From Hormiphora californensis (taxonomy: Eukaryota; Animalia; Ctenophora): a stretch of DNA of 64,000 bases. Positions 22,701-32,236 of the stretch are shown here, piece after piece. The position numbers and the translations under genes are program-made. The notes beneath the pieces were generated by a model that was given only the letters and a program-made list of their open reading frames with translations, ran no database searches and had not been told where the DNA came from. Location of the stretch: NCBI GenBank assembly GCA_020137815.1, contig CM035362.1, forward strand, positions 3,968,001 to 4,032,000, given 5' to 3'. Positions within the stretch are counted from its first letter, which is position 1. Each line of letters opens with the position of its first letter.

Positions 22701-25307
22701 CGCTTTAAAGTGCTTTAAAAGCGCTTTAAAAAGCGCTATAAAGCGCTTTTAAGAACGCTTTATAGCGCTTTAAAGCGCTTTTAGCGCTTTATAGCGCTTT
22801 AAAGCGCTTTAAATCGTACAATAGCGCTTTAAAGCGCTTTTTAAAGCGCTTTTAAAAGCGGTCTAAAAAGCACTTTTAAAAAGTGGTTTAAAAAGCGCTA
22901 CAAAGCGCTATAAAGCGCTTTTTAAAGCGCTATAAAGCTATAAAGCGCTTTATAGCGCTATAAAAAGCGCTTTCGAAAGCGCTTTATAGCGCTTTAAAAA
23001 GCGCTTTATAGCGCTATAAAAAGCGCTTTTTTGGCGCTTTCGAAAGCGCTTTTAAGCGCTTTTTATAGCGCTTTAAAAAGCGCTTGATAAAGTGCTTTTT
23101 AGCGAAAGCGCTTTATAGCGCTACAAAAAGCGCTTTAAAGCGCTATAAAAAGCGCTTTATAGCGCTTTAAAAAGGGTAGAAGGGCCACGGCCCTTGAACA
23201 CCGCCACGTGGCGGTTTTAACCGCCACGTGGCCCCTGGACGTGGCGTCAATTCTCAGGACGTGGCGCCAATGAGCCTTTTTGGCGGTGTTCATGTGGCGT
23301 TAATAGTCGAAATTGGCGCTTCGAATTGGCGCTTTTCTTTTTTGGCCCCAGGGACGTGGCGTTGGCCCCAGGACGTGGCGTCAATTTTTGAGTGGCGGAG
23401 ATGTCAAAATTTTTTGGCGCTTTCGGATGACGCCACACCCGAAAAATTCGAATCGCCAATTTGTTTTTTTGGCCTATCATTTGGCGCTAATATTTGGCGC
23501 TAATTTTTTGGCGCCATATAATTTGGCGCCATATAAACTGATGCCAGAAACCCCCTAGTGGCTCCTAGGGACCCCCAGGAGGCGCTAGAGTCACCTAAAA
23601 GCCCCCTAGAAGGCTCCAAGAGACCCCTAGAGGCCACTAGAGTCGATTAGAGTCCCTCAAAAGCCCAGAAAGATCGAATGCAGCCCCAGATGAGCACACA
23701 AGGCCCCCAAAAAGCCACCAAAGTTCTCTAGAGTCCCCTGAAACGCCCCAAGAGGACACCAGAGGTCCCTGAATGCCCGTAGAAGTCCCTAAAGACCCAC
23801 AGAGGCATCAAGGATTGAACAGTTAAAAAAGAGCTGTGTTTATGTAAATATATCGCCATGTAAGAACTCAATTAGCGCCATGTAAATGGCACTAATAATT
23901 ACTTTGGCGCTTTGATGTGGCGGAGTTTATGTGGCGCCAATTATGTGGCGTCAATTATTGACGCCACACCGAAAATTCAAAAAAACCACGTGGCGCTAAA
24001 ATCGACGAAAAATCCATTGGCGCCATCCTTTCAAAATTGACGCCACGTCCTGGGGCCAACGCCACGCCCCTGGGGCCAAAAAAGAAAAGCGCCAATTCGA
24101 AGCGCCAATTTCGACTATTAACGCCACATGAACACCGCCAAAAAGGCTCATTGGCGCCACGTCCTGAGAATTGACGCCACGTCCAGGGGCCACGTGGCGG
24201 TTAAAACCGCCACGTGGCGGTGTTCAAGGGCCGTGGCCCTTCTACCTTAAAAAGCGGTTTCAAAAGCGCTAAAAAAAGCGCTTTATAGCGCTATAAAAAG
24301 CGCTTTATAGCGCTTTGTAGCGCTTTTAAAGCGTTTGAGAAAGCGCTTTAAATCGCTACAAGAATCGCTTTAAAGCGCTTTTAGCGCTTTAAAAGCGCTT
24401 TAAAGCGGTGCGCTTTAAAGCGGTACCGCTTTAAAGCGCTTTATAGCGCTATAAAGCGCTTTCTCAAACGCTTTAAAGCGCTTTAAAGCGGTCGAAAATG
24501 TTCAGCCCAGAACTACCATATTACCATTAATAATCACATACTATAGTGTGTATAATGACATGTCTATAGGTATAATTGAGTTCTCATAATTTGGTGGAAA
24601 CATTGGATAAGATTTGTTCTCTTGCTTCTTGTCCTAAACATAGCTTGTTCTTTCAGGGATTCCTGGCTCCAAAAGAATCCAGCCGCCACTCACATCAACG
24701 AATTCTGTTGGACCTGTGCTTTGACTATCAGAACAGGACAAAACAGGATCAAAAGACGCTCGTCCACTCTGTTGATCAGCTGTTCAAACACCACAAAGAG
24801 GTACTCCTTCACAACTAATTATTTATTGTGCTCCTTCATAAAACAAGACGTTTATGTATACTTGCTCCTTCATAAAACACTCTATTGTCAGATCGAGAGG
24901 AGTTACCTGGATGATTCAATGAACACAGACCACGCATGGATTGAAGTTGTGGTTGCCTCTGTGCATGATAATCAATACAACATGCCTCATAGCTTCCAGA
25001 ATGGACGAGGGGTAATTATTAATTAATTAATTAGTTAATTAATATTAATTCTATAATTTGTCCTGAAAATCTCATTAGTTTTCCACAATTAATGCCATCT
25101 CTCCTCCCTCAGGTGGAATCAGTTGAATGGGTATCCCTGGTGGAGCGGCCCCACATACATTCCAACATGGCAGCTGTCATGAAGAAGACCCTGACCATGC
25201 TCAAAGCATACAACCCATACAACACCAATGTCACACCCCCCGCCTCTCCCTCTCTAGAGAGAAAGGAAGAACTACCCAGCAGCAGCAGTACTAATCGGGT
25301 ATGTTAA
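1714..25307 (+). CDS. TRPM2: TRPM2-like cation channel with C-terminal NUDT9-H domain; 5' exons lie upstream of the window
   Basis: Phase-consistent GT-AG exons: 1714-1810, 1909-1989, 2242-2346, 2837-2909, 3244-3391, 3719-3895, 4106-4291, 4525-4563, 5149-5262, 8634-8747, 9015-9097, 9862-9943, 10534-10686, 10815-10916, 11824-12008, 12652-12772, 13034-13133, 13311-13416, [13755-13911 or 13958-14114], 14345-14501, [14710-14831 or 14999-15111 or 15899-15990], 16674-16803, 16911-17075, 17416-17548, 18676-18793, 20078-20191, 20631-20701, 21624-21719, 21892-21978, 22225-22354, 24657-24800, 24892-25011, 25113-25307. TRPM motifs: LEPNHSHFFLCDDG, EGG..GSGRAAD, QLKLAITW, FYTSPVIKF, IGPK, YLNVFGEI, NVMLINLLIAIF, QRPPLPNP. 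NUDT9-H motifs: NPKGRTGLEGRG..WGPN and YLDD..NTDHAW. Confidence 0.93.
2325..2669 (+). repeat. Tandem array of about 60-70 bp units copying the exon 3' end and donor site (5 donor copies)
   Basis: caaccattagttgtcattcgag|gtatgttat repeated, with junctions at 2346, 2415, 2474, 2546 and 2616. Confidence 0.9.
2918..3026. mobile_element. hAT-like MITE, about 109 bp (family A)
   Basis: TIRs CAGGAACCGACCG...CGGTCGGTTCCT with 8-bp TSD GTAAGTGC (2910-2917 and 3027-3034). Other copies: about 10201-10316, 16530-16638, 17105-17206, 17722-17782 (partial), 18314-18422 (TSD GTGTAAAG), 27975-28083 (TSD CTCTCTGT), 28868-28955, 35593-35701, 54662-54770 (TSD ATTTATCA), 57598-57683. Confidence 0.88.
5410..8596 (+). 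mobile_element. Full-length non-LTR retrotransposon (RTE-like, single APE-RT ORF) in a TRPM intron
   Basis: 11-bp TSD TGTATAGCGCT at 5399-5409 and 8597-8607; uninterrupted ORF; short TAA/TATAA-repeat tail. Confidence 0.93.
5430..8591 (+). CDS. LINE endonuclease/reverse transcriptase polyprotein
   Basis: APE motifs GSWNV, GIQET, LGDFNAKIG, IDYIL and SDH; RT motifs KAVGPDGI, RPLCLL, IDMSSAFD, QGDSLS and YADD. Confidence 0.95.
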   Translation: MMPLSTGTSCKSMTPNNPTQRRPIVASLSSTTTFMLFLVTMTVLRFGSWNVCGLAGEARLAHVVQDFENYHLSVVGIQETKVRSSRIETVPGGHKLILFNQDRGQWHGGLGFLINRDFTVNVKSYKQISDRVAYLDAELPASSPDKPPTHLRFINCYSPTNPKSILNPQLAQRFYDELSQALDVPARYEPWILGDFNAKIGKFPFDDPVSGINEIMGSYSIGRRNENGQRLADFCITNSLFIANSAFKHSSRHISTRTGWVKEKKSGLTRPYFSQIDYILCRSRSKSFLTDARAYAGTTHRSDHKLVIATVNTVRHKLYRKRAVVSRQYDTTTLIASAAARAEYQSELDQGIAATDSSESTNNDFKNLFDNVKLAATKSVGFKPLARKRHHTSDPEIVDMSSDRKTLLNKLNNNSLSIRSGLRKRINRLSADIKRRLKVLRREVAESLASAINNTDDSRKMFEATRQLAGTVKPEPVTVHDSEENLVLKDTEKARIIRDYFEEHYTCPADETPLEAFHGPPRPLDTPITADEVKRAASKLRNGKAVGPDGIPNEFLKHATTSFYESFTSLINRCFEQHESVPSFTEGFLAPLQKPGKPKGPLKSIRPLCLLNGTRKILSIIILHRIRDCVSSYTGPWQHAYKQGTSTGSIVWAQKLLISVVKEKHWSFHKMGIDMSSAFDTIKRPVLLNVLQDAGCSEDDLRLVRFMLADTRLRVRVDNCLSEEFNVSIGAFQGDSLSGNLFTLYLAGALNHLRSITSTTRPNPPIQENLLPVEWEYADDVDFIDESVDNLTAMLPICQEILEEWNLHVNETKTEHVHVYLASKDEVDHKGEPVKDREPWRNCISLGSKLGCKEDIERRCNLSNLAFRKYKAVWEQGPRISLDTRLKIYEAQVVSVLMYNCSSWAAPKQTLHSLDVCHRKHLRNILNIRFPICISNKTLYKRCNTAPLSERVSRARWKMFGHILRSQTNAPAMMALKFAVSCDMRGRRGRHQTNLFSVLKCDLRERGFDILNDFDAVMEAARDRVGWRSMSVAHQFIKELIYWTYLNCTSSII
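9088..9669 (+). repeat. 31-bp minisatellite (about 19 copies), each unit containing the exon end and donor site
   Basis: Unit cctctgctag|gtaagaattcacccgt(g/c)ccc(g/a); the first junction (9097) is the real exon boundary. Confidence 0.95.
9991..10502. mobile_element. Cluster of Tc1/mariner-like MITEs (family B, CAGTCGGACCCCGATTT termini) around a family A MITE
   Basis: Copies at 9991-10162 and 10331-10502 with TIRs, the second flanked by TA on both sides; related copies at about 12846-12913, 16408-16476, 34400-34571 and 47348-47412. Confidence 0.85.
11111..11310. repeat. 20-bp minisatellite
   Basis: (atcagtataatttaatcagt)n. Confidence 0.9.
12013..12482. repeat. 19-bp minisatellite starting just after a donor site
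   Basis: (gtaatgacgtcacacaggt)n, about 24 copies; most units contain TGACGTCA and CAG|GT. Confidence 0.92.
13755..13911 (+). CDS. TRPM alternative exon A (S4, S4-S5 linker, start of S5)
   Basis: 157 nt, ttccag|...|gtaatt; encodes SYHISSMLSTLVFVIYMFRLMAYFRIHPLIGPKIFTLQRMTIDLVFFLFLLM. Confidence 0.88.
13958..14114 (+). CDS. TRPM alternative exon B (paralogue of exon A)
   Basis: 157 nt with the same phases, ccgcag|...|gtaaat; encodes TYHANRLLSAMCFSFYCFRFVQLFEINDQIGPKVFMLKKMAIDLFFFLFLLL. Confidence 0.88.
14710..14831 (+). CDS. TRPM pore-turret alternative exon C1
   Basis: 122 nt, phase 1 to 0; encodes (G)HCEFNDTSTFLHTNFTAYSSEIADVADLECTKDNLLEYTT. Confidence 0.8.
14999..15111 (+). CDS. TRPM pore-turret alternative exon C2
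   Basis: 113 nt, phase 1 to 0; encodes (G)HCGTYSTFPWTNWEAYSPAEINKSSTCTFDNCKEYTI, clearly homologous to C1. Confidence 0.8.
15899..15990 (+). CDS. TRPM pore-turret alternative exon C3
   Basis: 92 nt, phase 1 to 0, ctgacag|...|gtataa; encodes (G)HCVGWNTTLLLHPSMGKMACTTKNLMHDTK. Confidence 0.72.
20198..20423. repeat. Degenerate GATATGT/GATCTTGTGT repeat after a donor site
   Basis: Seen directly in the sequence. Confidence 0.85.
20891..21110. repeat. 12-bp (CTGACTAATTAA)n array upstream of a candidate exon
   Basis: Seen directly; ends at ctgactcgcag (21116). Confidence 0.85.
21376..21516. repeat. 11-bp (ACAACCACATA)n array
   Basis: Seen directly in the sequence. Confidence 0.9.
22430..24525. 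mobile_element. Foldback-like non-autonomous DNA transposon (Merlin-like termini) built from AAAGCGCTTT palindromic repeats
   Basis: TIRs GGTAATATGGTAGTTCTGGGCTGAAC...GTTCAGCCCAGAACTACCATATTACC; 8-bp TSD ATTAATAA (22422-22429 and 24526-24533). Confidence 0.88.
23175..24246. mobile_element. Second non-autonomous element nested inside the foldback element
   Basis: About 210-bp TIRs GGTAGAAGGGCC...GGCCCTTCTACC; 8-bp TSD TTAAAAAG (23167-23174 and 24247-24254). Confidence 0.9.
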
Positions 25308-26514
25308 AAAGCAGCTTTTTTGTAATCCCTTGCATATCTGGCATGTTAATTTCTAGTTTTTACCCAAAAAACTGGCATTTTGTGATATTTTACCCCGAAA
25401 AACCTCTGCCCCAGTTTGAACATTACGTGGCCCAATATAAATCTGACAATTAACACGGTCTAGATCAGTCTGTGAGTCTAACATGGGTGTATAATGAGGC
25501 ATTTTTTACACTACACTCTATCTAACATTTTTCTTTACACTCTCTAACATATGAGTCTTGCATTATTCTTTACATCATCGCATATATTTCATATCATCCA
25601 ACCTAGACAGCTTCTAAAACTGCACTCTTCCAAGCTCTCGTGTTGTAGCACACATTTCACTCACCCCCACTCAAACCCCACCCTCTCTCTCTCAGCCGAG
25701 GATCCTATCACGACGGGAATCAAGAGCTGGACCCATGCCACCAACATTCGACTAGTTAATTAATCAATTAATTGATCATCATTCCTGAATAGATCGCACA
25801 CATACCTCTGAAAGCAGTATCTCTTTCTCTTTCTCTCCCAACTTTACAAACATTGCCAGACCATGATTCTACCGGGTGGGGTCTCTCTAATACCCAGGAA
25901 TCTGATCTCAGGAAGATAGCTAGCACGTGGAAAATAAAGGCAGGTCTGACGTCGTCATCAGCTCGAATAGCTCTGGAGTGACGTCATAGCTCTGGATCAG
26001 TGACCTGAAAATGAGAGAGTAATAAATGGATGAGAGAACTGATGAGATGAACTGCGTGAGACACCCTGTACAACGTTTATAGTTTTAGATATTAAAGATT
26101 TTTGTTTGGCGCACGAGGTCGCCGTTATATGTTATTAAATATTAACTGAAGTTTTGGGGGAAAGAATAAGAGACAAGTTAAATTGTGTTTTAAGCGAGAA
26201 ATTTGTTGTCGCTGAAATTTTTTAACGTGGGCACACTTACTAAATCTAAAACTGTAAGTGAGTGATAAAACAATATAATCAGAGCTTTGGAAATCTTCTG
26301 TCTGGCGCCGCCGACCCCATCTGAGCTCACTGTAGATTTGAGAATCAAATGGGGGTATGGCGGCGCCGTACAGGAATTCTTTTAGAGAAAGCAGGCATTA
26401 TAAAAGTACGGGCTGCTTTCATTGATTTGTTGTTGCTTTATTGATTGGTTTGTAAATATATATGACATTAGTTACACCCCACTAAACTCCCTGACTTTCG
26501 TCAATTTGTTTAGA

Positions 26515-26516
<2 letters not shown>

Positions 26517-26585
<69 letters not shown>
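26517..26585. repeat. (TA)n microsatellite
   Basis: Seen directly in the sequence. Confidence 0.95.
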
Positions 26586-26588
<3 letters not shown>

Positions 26589-27071
26589 ACCAATATGTCA
26601 CCAATATGTCACCAAATCTCACGGCTATTGCTTGAGATTTCAGGGAATAGCCAAGAATTTGGGCACGTCGCGCCCTCTTTTTTCGCGAAACCCTCACACA
26701 GAGAGGGGCTGCTTCGCAGCCAAGCCAAGAATGCTCGAGAGGGTGAGAGTTGTCAGGCCAATAAGGAACCATAATAAAGTTCAAGAGCCTCCAAGAGCGC
26801 ACCAGGTCCAAGAGCACACCAGGACCAGGAGAGCACCCCATCCAGAAGAGACCACGCGCAAGGGATACCACGCGCAGAAGAGGCCGCACGCGCAAATACA
26901 ACGCCGCGCTGGTCTCTTCTGCGCGTGGTGTCCCCTGCGCGTGGTATCTTCTGGATGGGGAGCTCTCTTTGATGAGGTGCGCTCTTGGAGTGGTCTCTTC
27001 TGGATGTGGTACGCTCTTGGTTGTGGTCTCTTTTGGGTGTGGTGCGCTCTCAGGTGTGGTCTCTCTTCGAT

Positions 27072-27434
27072 GGTAAGCGGTAAATACTCACTCGGTTCTT
27101 CACATTTTTGGGACGTTTTTGGCCATAACTCAGCCATTTCTTGACCAATTTGCAAAATCTCGGGCTCATTGGAAAGAGGACATTAAGACCTTTAAAATGA
27201 GCCCTAGAAAATGAAAATCGGCGCAAAATGCGCGGCGTTATGGCGTAAAATGCGCGTTTTCGCCATAGCGCCGCGCATTTTGCGCCGATTTTCATTTTCT
27301 AGGGCTCATTTTAAAGGTCTTAATGTCCTCTTTCCAATGAGCCCGAGATTTTGCAAATTGGTCAAGAAATGGCTGAGTTATGGCCAAAAACGTCCCAAAA
27401 ATGTGAAGAACCGAGTGAGTATTTACCGCTTACC
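27072..27434. mobile_element. Near-perfect hairpin MITE inserted in an older inverted-repeat element (about 26761-27531)
   Basis: GGTAAGCGGTAAATACT...AGTATTTACCGCTTACC; 9-bp TSD CTCTTCGAT (27063-27071 and 27435-27443). Confidence 0.88.
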
Positions 27435-28133
27435 CTCTTCGATAGGGTGCGCTCTCAGGTGTGGTCTCTCTTCGATGGGGTGCGCTCTTGGGTGCTCTTG
27501 GAGGCTCTTGAACTTTATTATGGTTCCTTATGCTCTGACAGGGTGAGAGTTGTCAGGCCGTGGGGAGGAGCGTGGGGGAGAGACGAGAGTACACCCTCCT
27601 CTGCATTAAGTGTACCACTTGAGTGATCAATGGTCAGGCACCGCACTGACAGCTTTAAAAGTGGACAAATAAAAACAAGTTAATTTGTATAACTCGAAGA
27701 ACACTGTGGTTCAACTTCAACTCGTAGTCAGCTCAGCAAAACTTCACATATATTATTTGCATCCTTCTAAACGCTGTCTGGCGGCGCTGACCCAATCTGA
27801 GCGGTCTCAACACATCTAAAAACAATATAAGACAATTCTTCCCAATTCTTTCAAAATCTCTGATTATATATGGTCATTTGTCCATCAATATTCTCTCCAT
27901 CAAAATAGCAATCTGTGAGTAAGCGTGTTAAAAACCGAAGCCAAAAAGTTCTTAAGTCCTCAGTAGCTCTCTGTCAAGAACCGACCGACACAAGTAAACA
28001 ACCAATCAGAACTCGTTATTTAGGTCACGTGACTGGTTATCAGCCAATCAGGGACCAGTATTTCCTGATTCGGTCGGTTCCTGCTCTCTGTCCACTTGCA
28101 GGGGTTGTGGTTGAACAAGTTATAAGGGCTGTG

Positions 28134-31100
28134 CTACAGAGCAAAGTTGACCGTCACACAACTACCATCTACTTCACTTCTGAAAAGATTCGTCGTATAT
28201 TAAAATGGTATACATAAATATATGTTTCTTTGATTTGTATAATAATAATATATTCTCACTCTAAATTTAACTACTTGTCTCTCTCTCTCTTACTCAACAA
28301 CTCTCTCTCTTACTTATGGAATTTCCTCCTGCAAGTAACGGCATCTTTGGCGCTTCCAAATGTCACCACGGCCCTCCGTTCACTGGGGAACGTCAGGACT
28401 TCCTGGCAGGATATAGGTAGATTTAGTGGAAAGGACAATAAGACTCCCATTTAGTGAAAACAACACAACAAGTACTATCATTGAGGTTTGTGTGGCTCAA
28501 AAATGTGTGCGCTCTGGAGGGTTTGGTAGATCAAATTGAGGTAACTACAGAAGTCGAAAAACAGTCTGAATGTAATGATATATCGAATTGTAAATTACCC
28601 TGACAGAACCCGCTGACGAGAACAATTCCCGTATCCGAGATTTAGAAGTGTGAGAACTAAGATCAGTTACTAGCAACGTCGTATTAGGGTCACTTAACTG
28701 AAAAAGGGAAAATGTGTTACCCAGATGGTTTTTTTGGGAGAAATGTGTTACCCAGCTGGTTTTTTTTGGGAGAAATGTGTGACAATTCGGTTGTTTTTGT
28801 ACGGCTTCTAAACTTGAGTTAGCATCAAGGGTTGTGTAAGAGTAGGGTCAAAACATCCATACCAACTAGGAACCGACCGAATCAGGAAACACTGGTCCCT
28901 GATTAGCTGATAACCAGTCACGTGACCTCAATAACGAGTTCTGATTGGTTGTTTCCTGATTCACACTAACCTTAGATAGATCCGAGGGAATGTATTCATA
29001 CTTTCCAGCCAGTTTAATTGGACTTCGACTTCTACTCCTTTTGTGAACCCGTCTGTTCATATGAATGGCCACACTTCCTCCCTTTAACACCCCTTGTTCC
29101 TCTAGATTTCGTACTATAACCTGAGATGGGGAGAGTTGGAGAAAGGGGGGAGGACACAAAAAATAGGAAAAAAAAGTTGGGCATCAAGTGCGTTCGGATT
29201 GCATTGCTCTTTTGCAACTAAGGGTTAAAGAGCCAATATATCGTTGTTTAAATCATAGATAAATTTAATTCGATTAAATCACTAGTATTACAGTATTACC
29301 TCCGTTTTAAATTTCGGGTTGATATAAACTAATCTTCCTCTTGCAGGGGGATTCGGCGGTAAAGGCAGCATGGGTGGGATAGAGATATGAATCTGAGGCA
29401 GGGCAGGTAGAATAAGTGAAGGAGGGGGCGGTAGGCTGGGCGGTAAGGAGATCTTTGTTTCCCTCGGTGATGATTTGGTCGGCGATTTTTCAGCGGTGGT
29501 ATCAGATCTGAAACAAAAGGTGCAGGGTGTTATAATAATCATAATAATAATATTGTGAATACAAATCCATTAAGAGAGGTCGTCGAGAGCATCAAGCACT
29601 GTCTTGATTCAGCAGTGACAGCCCCGAGACTGCTCTGTCTGGCGGCGCCAGATGGGGTCGGCTGCCGGCGCCAGTTCCAGACTGCTGCTGCAATAATTGC
29701 AAATCTGATATACCTGCGCGCGGCGCGCGAAGAAAAGTGCACTTTACAAACAACGGAGGGAGAGGGAGATGGCGCCTTTGTAACCTCTACGAAAGACAAC
29801 TTGGGAGAGAATTAGATTAGAAAAGAAGGAAGAAGGAGAATAGGAGAATCCAGAAAGTATCTAGTAGATAGCACTTGTGATGAACTAAAGGTATAATATT
29901 GATCATCACCAAATCACAATGGGGGGGGGGGGGGCCGATTTTGATCATCAAAGTTACAAAGTTACAAAGTTACAAATCACTTGTCAGGCACTGACTGTAC
30001 ATCGCGCAAGTACTCCTCTTCGAGGACAGTCTTATATGAGACAACAAATCACTTACTTATTCGAACCTCCCCGTACTACAACGCTGATTTTCTGAATTGG
30101 TGTGGAACCTTCTTTTTGTTCATCAGCCTCATAGTCCAAATCTTCCTCCTGAGATGAAAATGTAAAGACTCAGAGAGATCAATGAAATAAGGGAAAACTG
30201 AATTTGGAGGTGTAATACCATAATACAGGGTGTTCATTTTGTAAATATCCAAAATGAACACCCTGTATTATTTTGTTTCAGAACCTTAGAAATATGGTAA
30301 CGAAATCACCCCTAATCACGCTAAAACGTGCCTTACTACCGCGATTCATCAGGGGTAATTTCGTTACCAAGGAATAATGTTAATAACATTATGCTACCCA
30401 TAATATGAACATGATTCTCCTACCAGGAATCTCTTATCTTCATGGGGGTCATTGTTCAACCAATATAGTTCTTGGGTACAGACTGTACCAAAGAACTGTA
30501 CCCTTGAACGGATAACTGTACCATACAGTTACTAACTATACCGTACAGTTACTAACTATACCGTACAGTTACTAACTATACCGTACAGTTACTAACTATA
30601 CCGTACAGTTACTAACTATACCGTACAGTTACTAACCGTACTGTACAGTTATTAGCCGTACCGTTTCTCAAACTCCGTACCTCATTATCCGAGAGAAGTT
30701 TATCCTTTTCTTTTTCCTCTTCCTGCTCTTTGTTGGTAGATTTTAGAACTTCATCCAGAGTTACCTCACCTTAAAACACAGACTTATTTTCAGTTAAAAT
30801 CGACAGGGGGTTGATCTGTGAGCGAATCAATGGCAAATTGTGTGGCTCACACTGCACGTGAGGGTTCAGTAAATCAGTAAATCTTCAATCCTCAAATACA
30901 ACTTGGTAATGAAATTACCCCTCCGCACAAGCTCACAGAGGGGTGACTTCTTAAAAATACAACTCACCTTCGGGTGTGACTGCTTCAACAGTGGTAGCTG
31001 GTATCTCTCCATATATATCCACCTCCTCAACGTCAGAGGCATATGTTGGGGTCGTAGGACTAACTGCTAGAAATAACTTGGTTATTAATCAATCAGAATT

Positions 31101-32099
31101 AATTATAACTTGGTTATTAATTAATTATCAACTCAATAAATTAATTAGTTATTAGTTGATTAATTGGTTATTAATTAATTAATTAGTTATGTAATTAGTC
31201 ACCTTTCTCAGGTGAAATCTCCGGTGTTGAAAGACCAGTGTTTTTTGTTGGTGTGGTCGATATCTGATCCTCTTCTTCTTGTCCTGGTTGTAATTTACTG
31301 GGTGATTTAATTGGTGTTCTAATTGGGGATTTAACGGGTGATTCTTTTAACTTTTTGACCGGAGTTTTCTCCTTTTTCTTTTCGTCCACCATCTAGAAAA
31401 GAATTAAGATTCAGTTTAATTCAGATTCAGATTCAGTTTAATTCAAAATAGTGTACAACATATATTTTGTGTATAACACCTGAGTGGTGGCAGCGTCTCC
31501 CCTTGCAAGGAACCACTATACAATCCTGCCCATCTTAACTCACTGAACTTCCCCCTTGACTAATCGGCTAACAAACAAGTAATTTATATCATTGTCTTCA
31601 TACCTTTGCTTTCTTCTTCTTCATCCTTACAGGCTCCTCCGCGGGCTTGGGAACTGGATCGGTAGTGGTGGTTGAATCTTCAAAAACAATATCTGATGCA
31701 AGGGATATGTCCAGCTCACTTACAGACTTTTCCTTTTTCCTTTTTCCTTGCTTGGGCGTTGAGTCTGGAAAACAATGTATATATCAAGGTTTAAATCATG
31801 TTGTTGAATATTATTGACTATTGTTATCCAGTTTAAAATTTGCTTGTCCTTGTTGAAGGTTTTCTAGAATCGGAGACCACATGTATGGCGGGATCCATAC
31901 ACAATAACAAATAGCAACCTACCTAACATAGCAAAGTGTTTATGTATTGTACTGACTCACCTAACAGCTGTTCCTCTGAAAGACTCTTCCCACCACTGGT
32001 AGCCCCCGAGGTTAGCGACTCATTCAGTAATTCATCTTCTTCAGCTTGGTTTATACTAGCAACTCTCTTTGATTTTCTGGACGACTTCTTGGATGGCAT
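28134..32099 (-). CDS. Multi-exon RBM33-like RNA-binding protein (charged low-complexity N-terminus, Pro-rich segment, C-terminal RRM)
   Basis: ATG 32099 gives MPSKKSSRK..EEDELL. VYINPKFK resembles RBM33 IHINPHFK. The RRM is split over the last exons: TLLVTDLSSHTSKSRIRELFSSAGSVR|EVLTFPSERRAVVTFGSAKDAVTCRRKFHK|SEVDGSCVTVNFAL* (stop at 28134). Confidence 0.7.
30518..30662. repeat. 20-bp minisatellite near a minus-strand donor site
   Basis: (ccgtacagttactaactata)n. Confidence 0.88.
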
Positions 32100-32107
32100 G
32101 TTGTGGA

Positions 32108-32236
32108 TTGAAAAAGCTAAAACTGGGAAGAAATGGAGGTTTGAAAAAGCTAAAACTGGGAAGAAATGGAGGTTTGAAAAAGCTAAAACTGGGAAGAAAT
32201 GGAGGTTTGAAAAAGCTAAAACTGGGAAGAAATGGT
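32108..32236. repeat. 33-bp tandem repeat (4 copies) carrying acceptor-like sites just upstream of the RBM33-like ATG
   Basis: Minus-strand unit aaacctccatttcttcccagttttagctttttc. Confidence 0.85.

Noticed and set aside
23228-24193. Mirror-image ORFs MAPGRGVNSQ...
   Set aside because: They are products of the terminal inverted repeats and have no transposase motifs
25806-26004. Minus-strand segment bounded by good splice sites, a possible alternative RBM33-like last exon
   Set aside because: The exon at 28179-28134 already completes the RRM. This segment has stops in all frames and no homology support, so it is at most a UTR or non-coding exon.
26422-27626. ORFs of 81-240 aa on both strands
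   Set aside because: They are translations of a (TA)n tract and palindromic MITE arms; the same peptide appears on both strands
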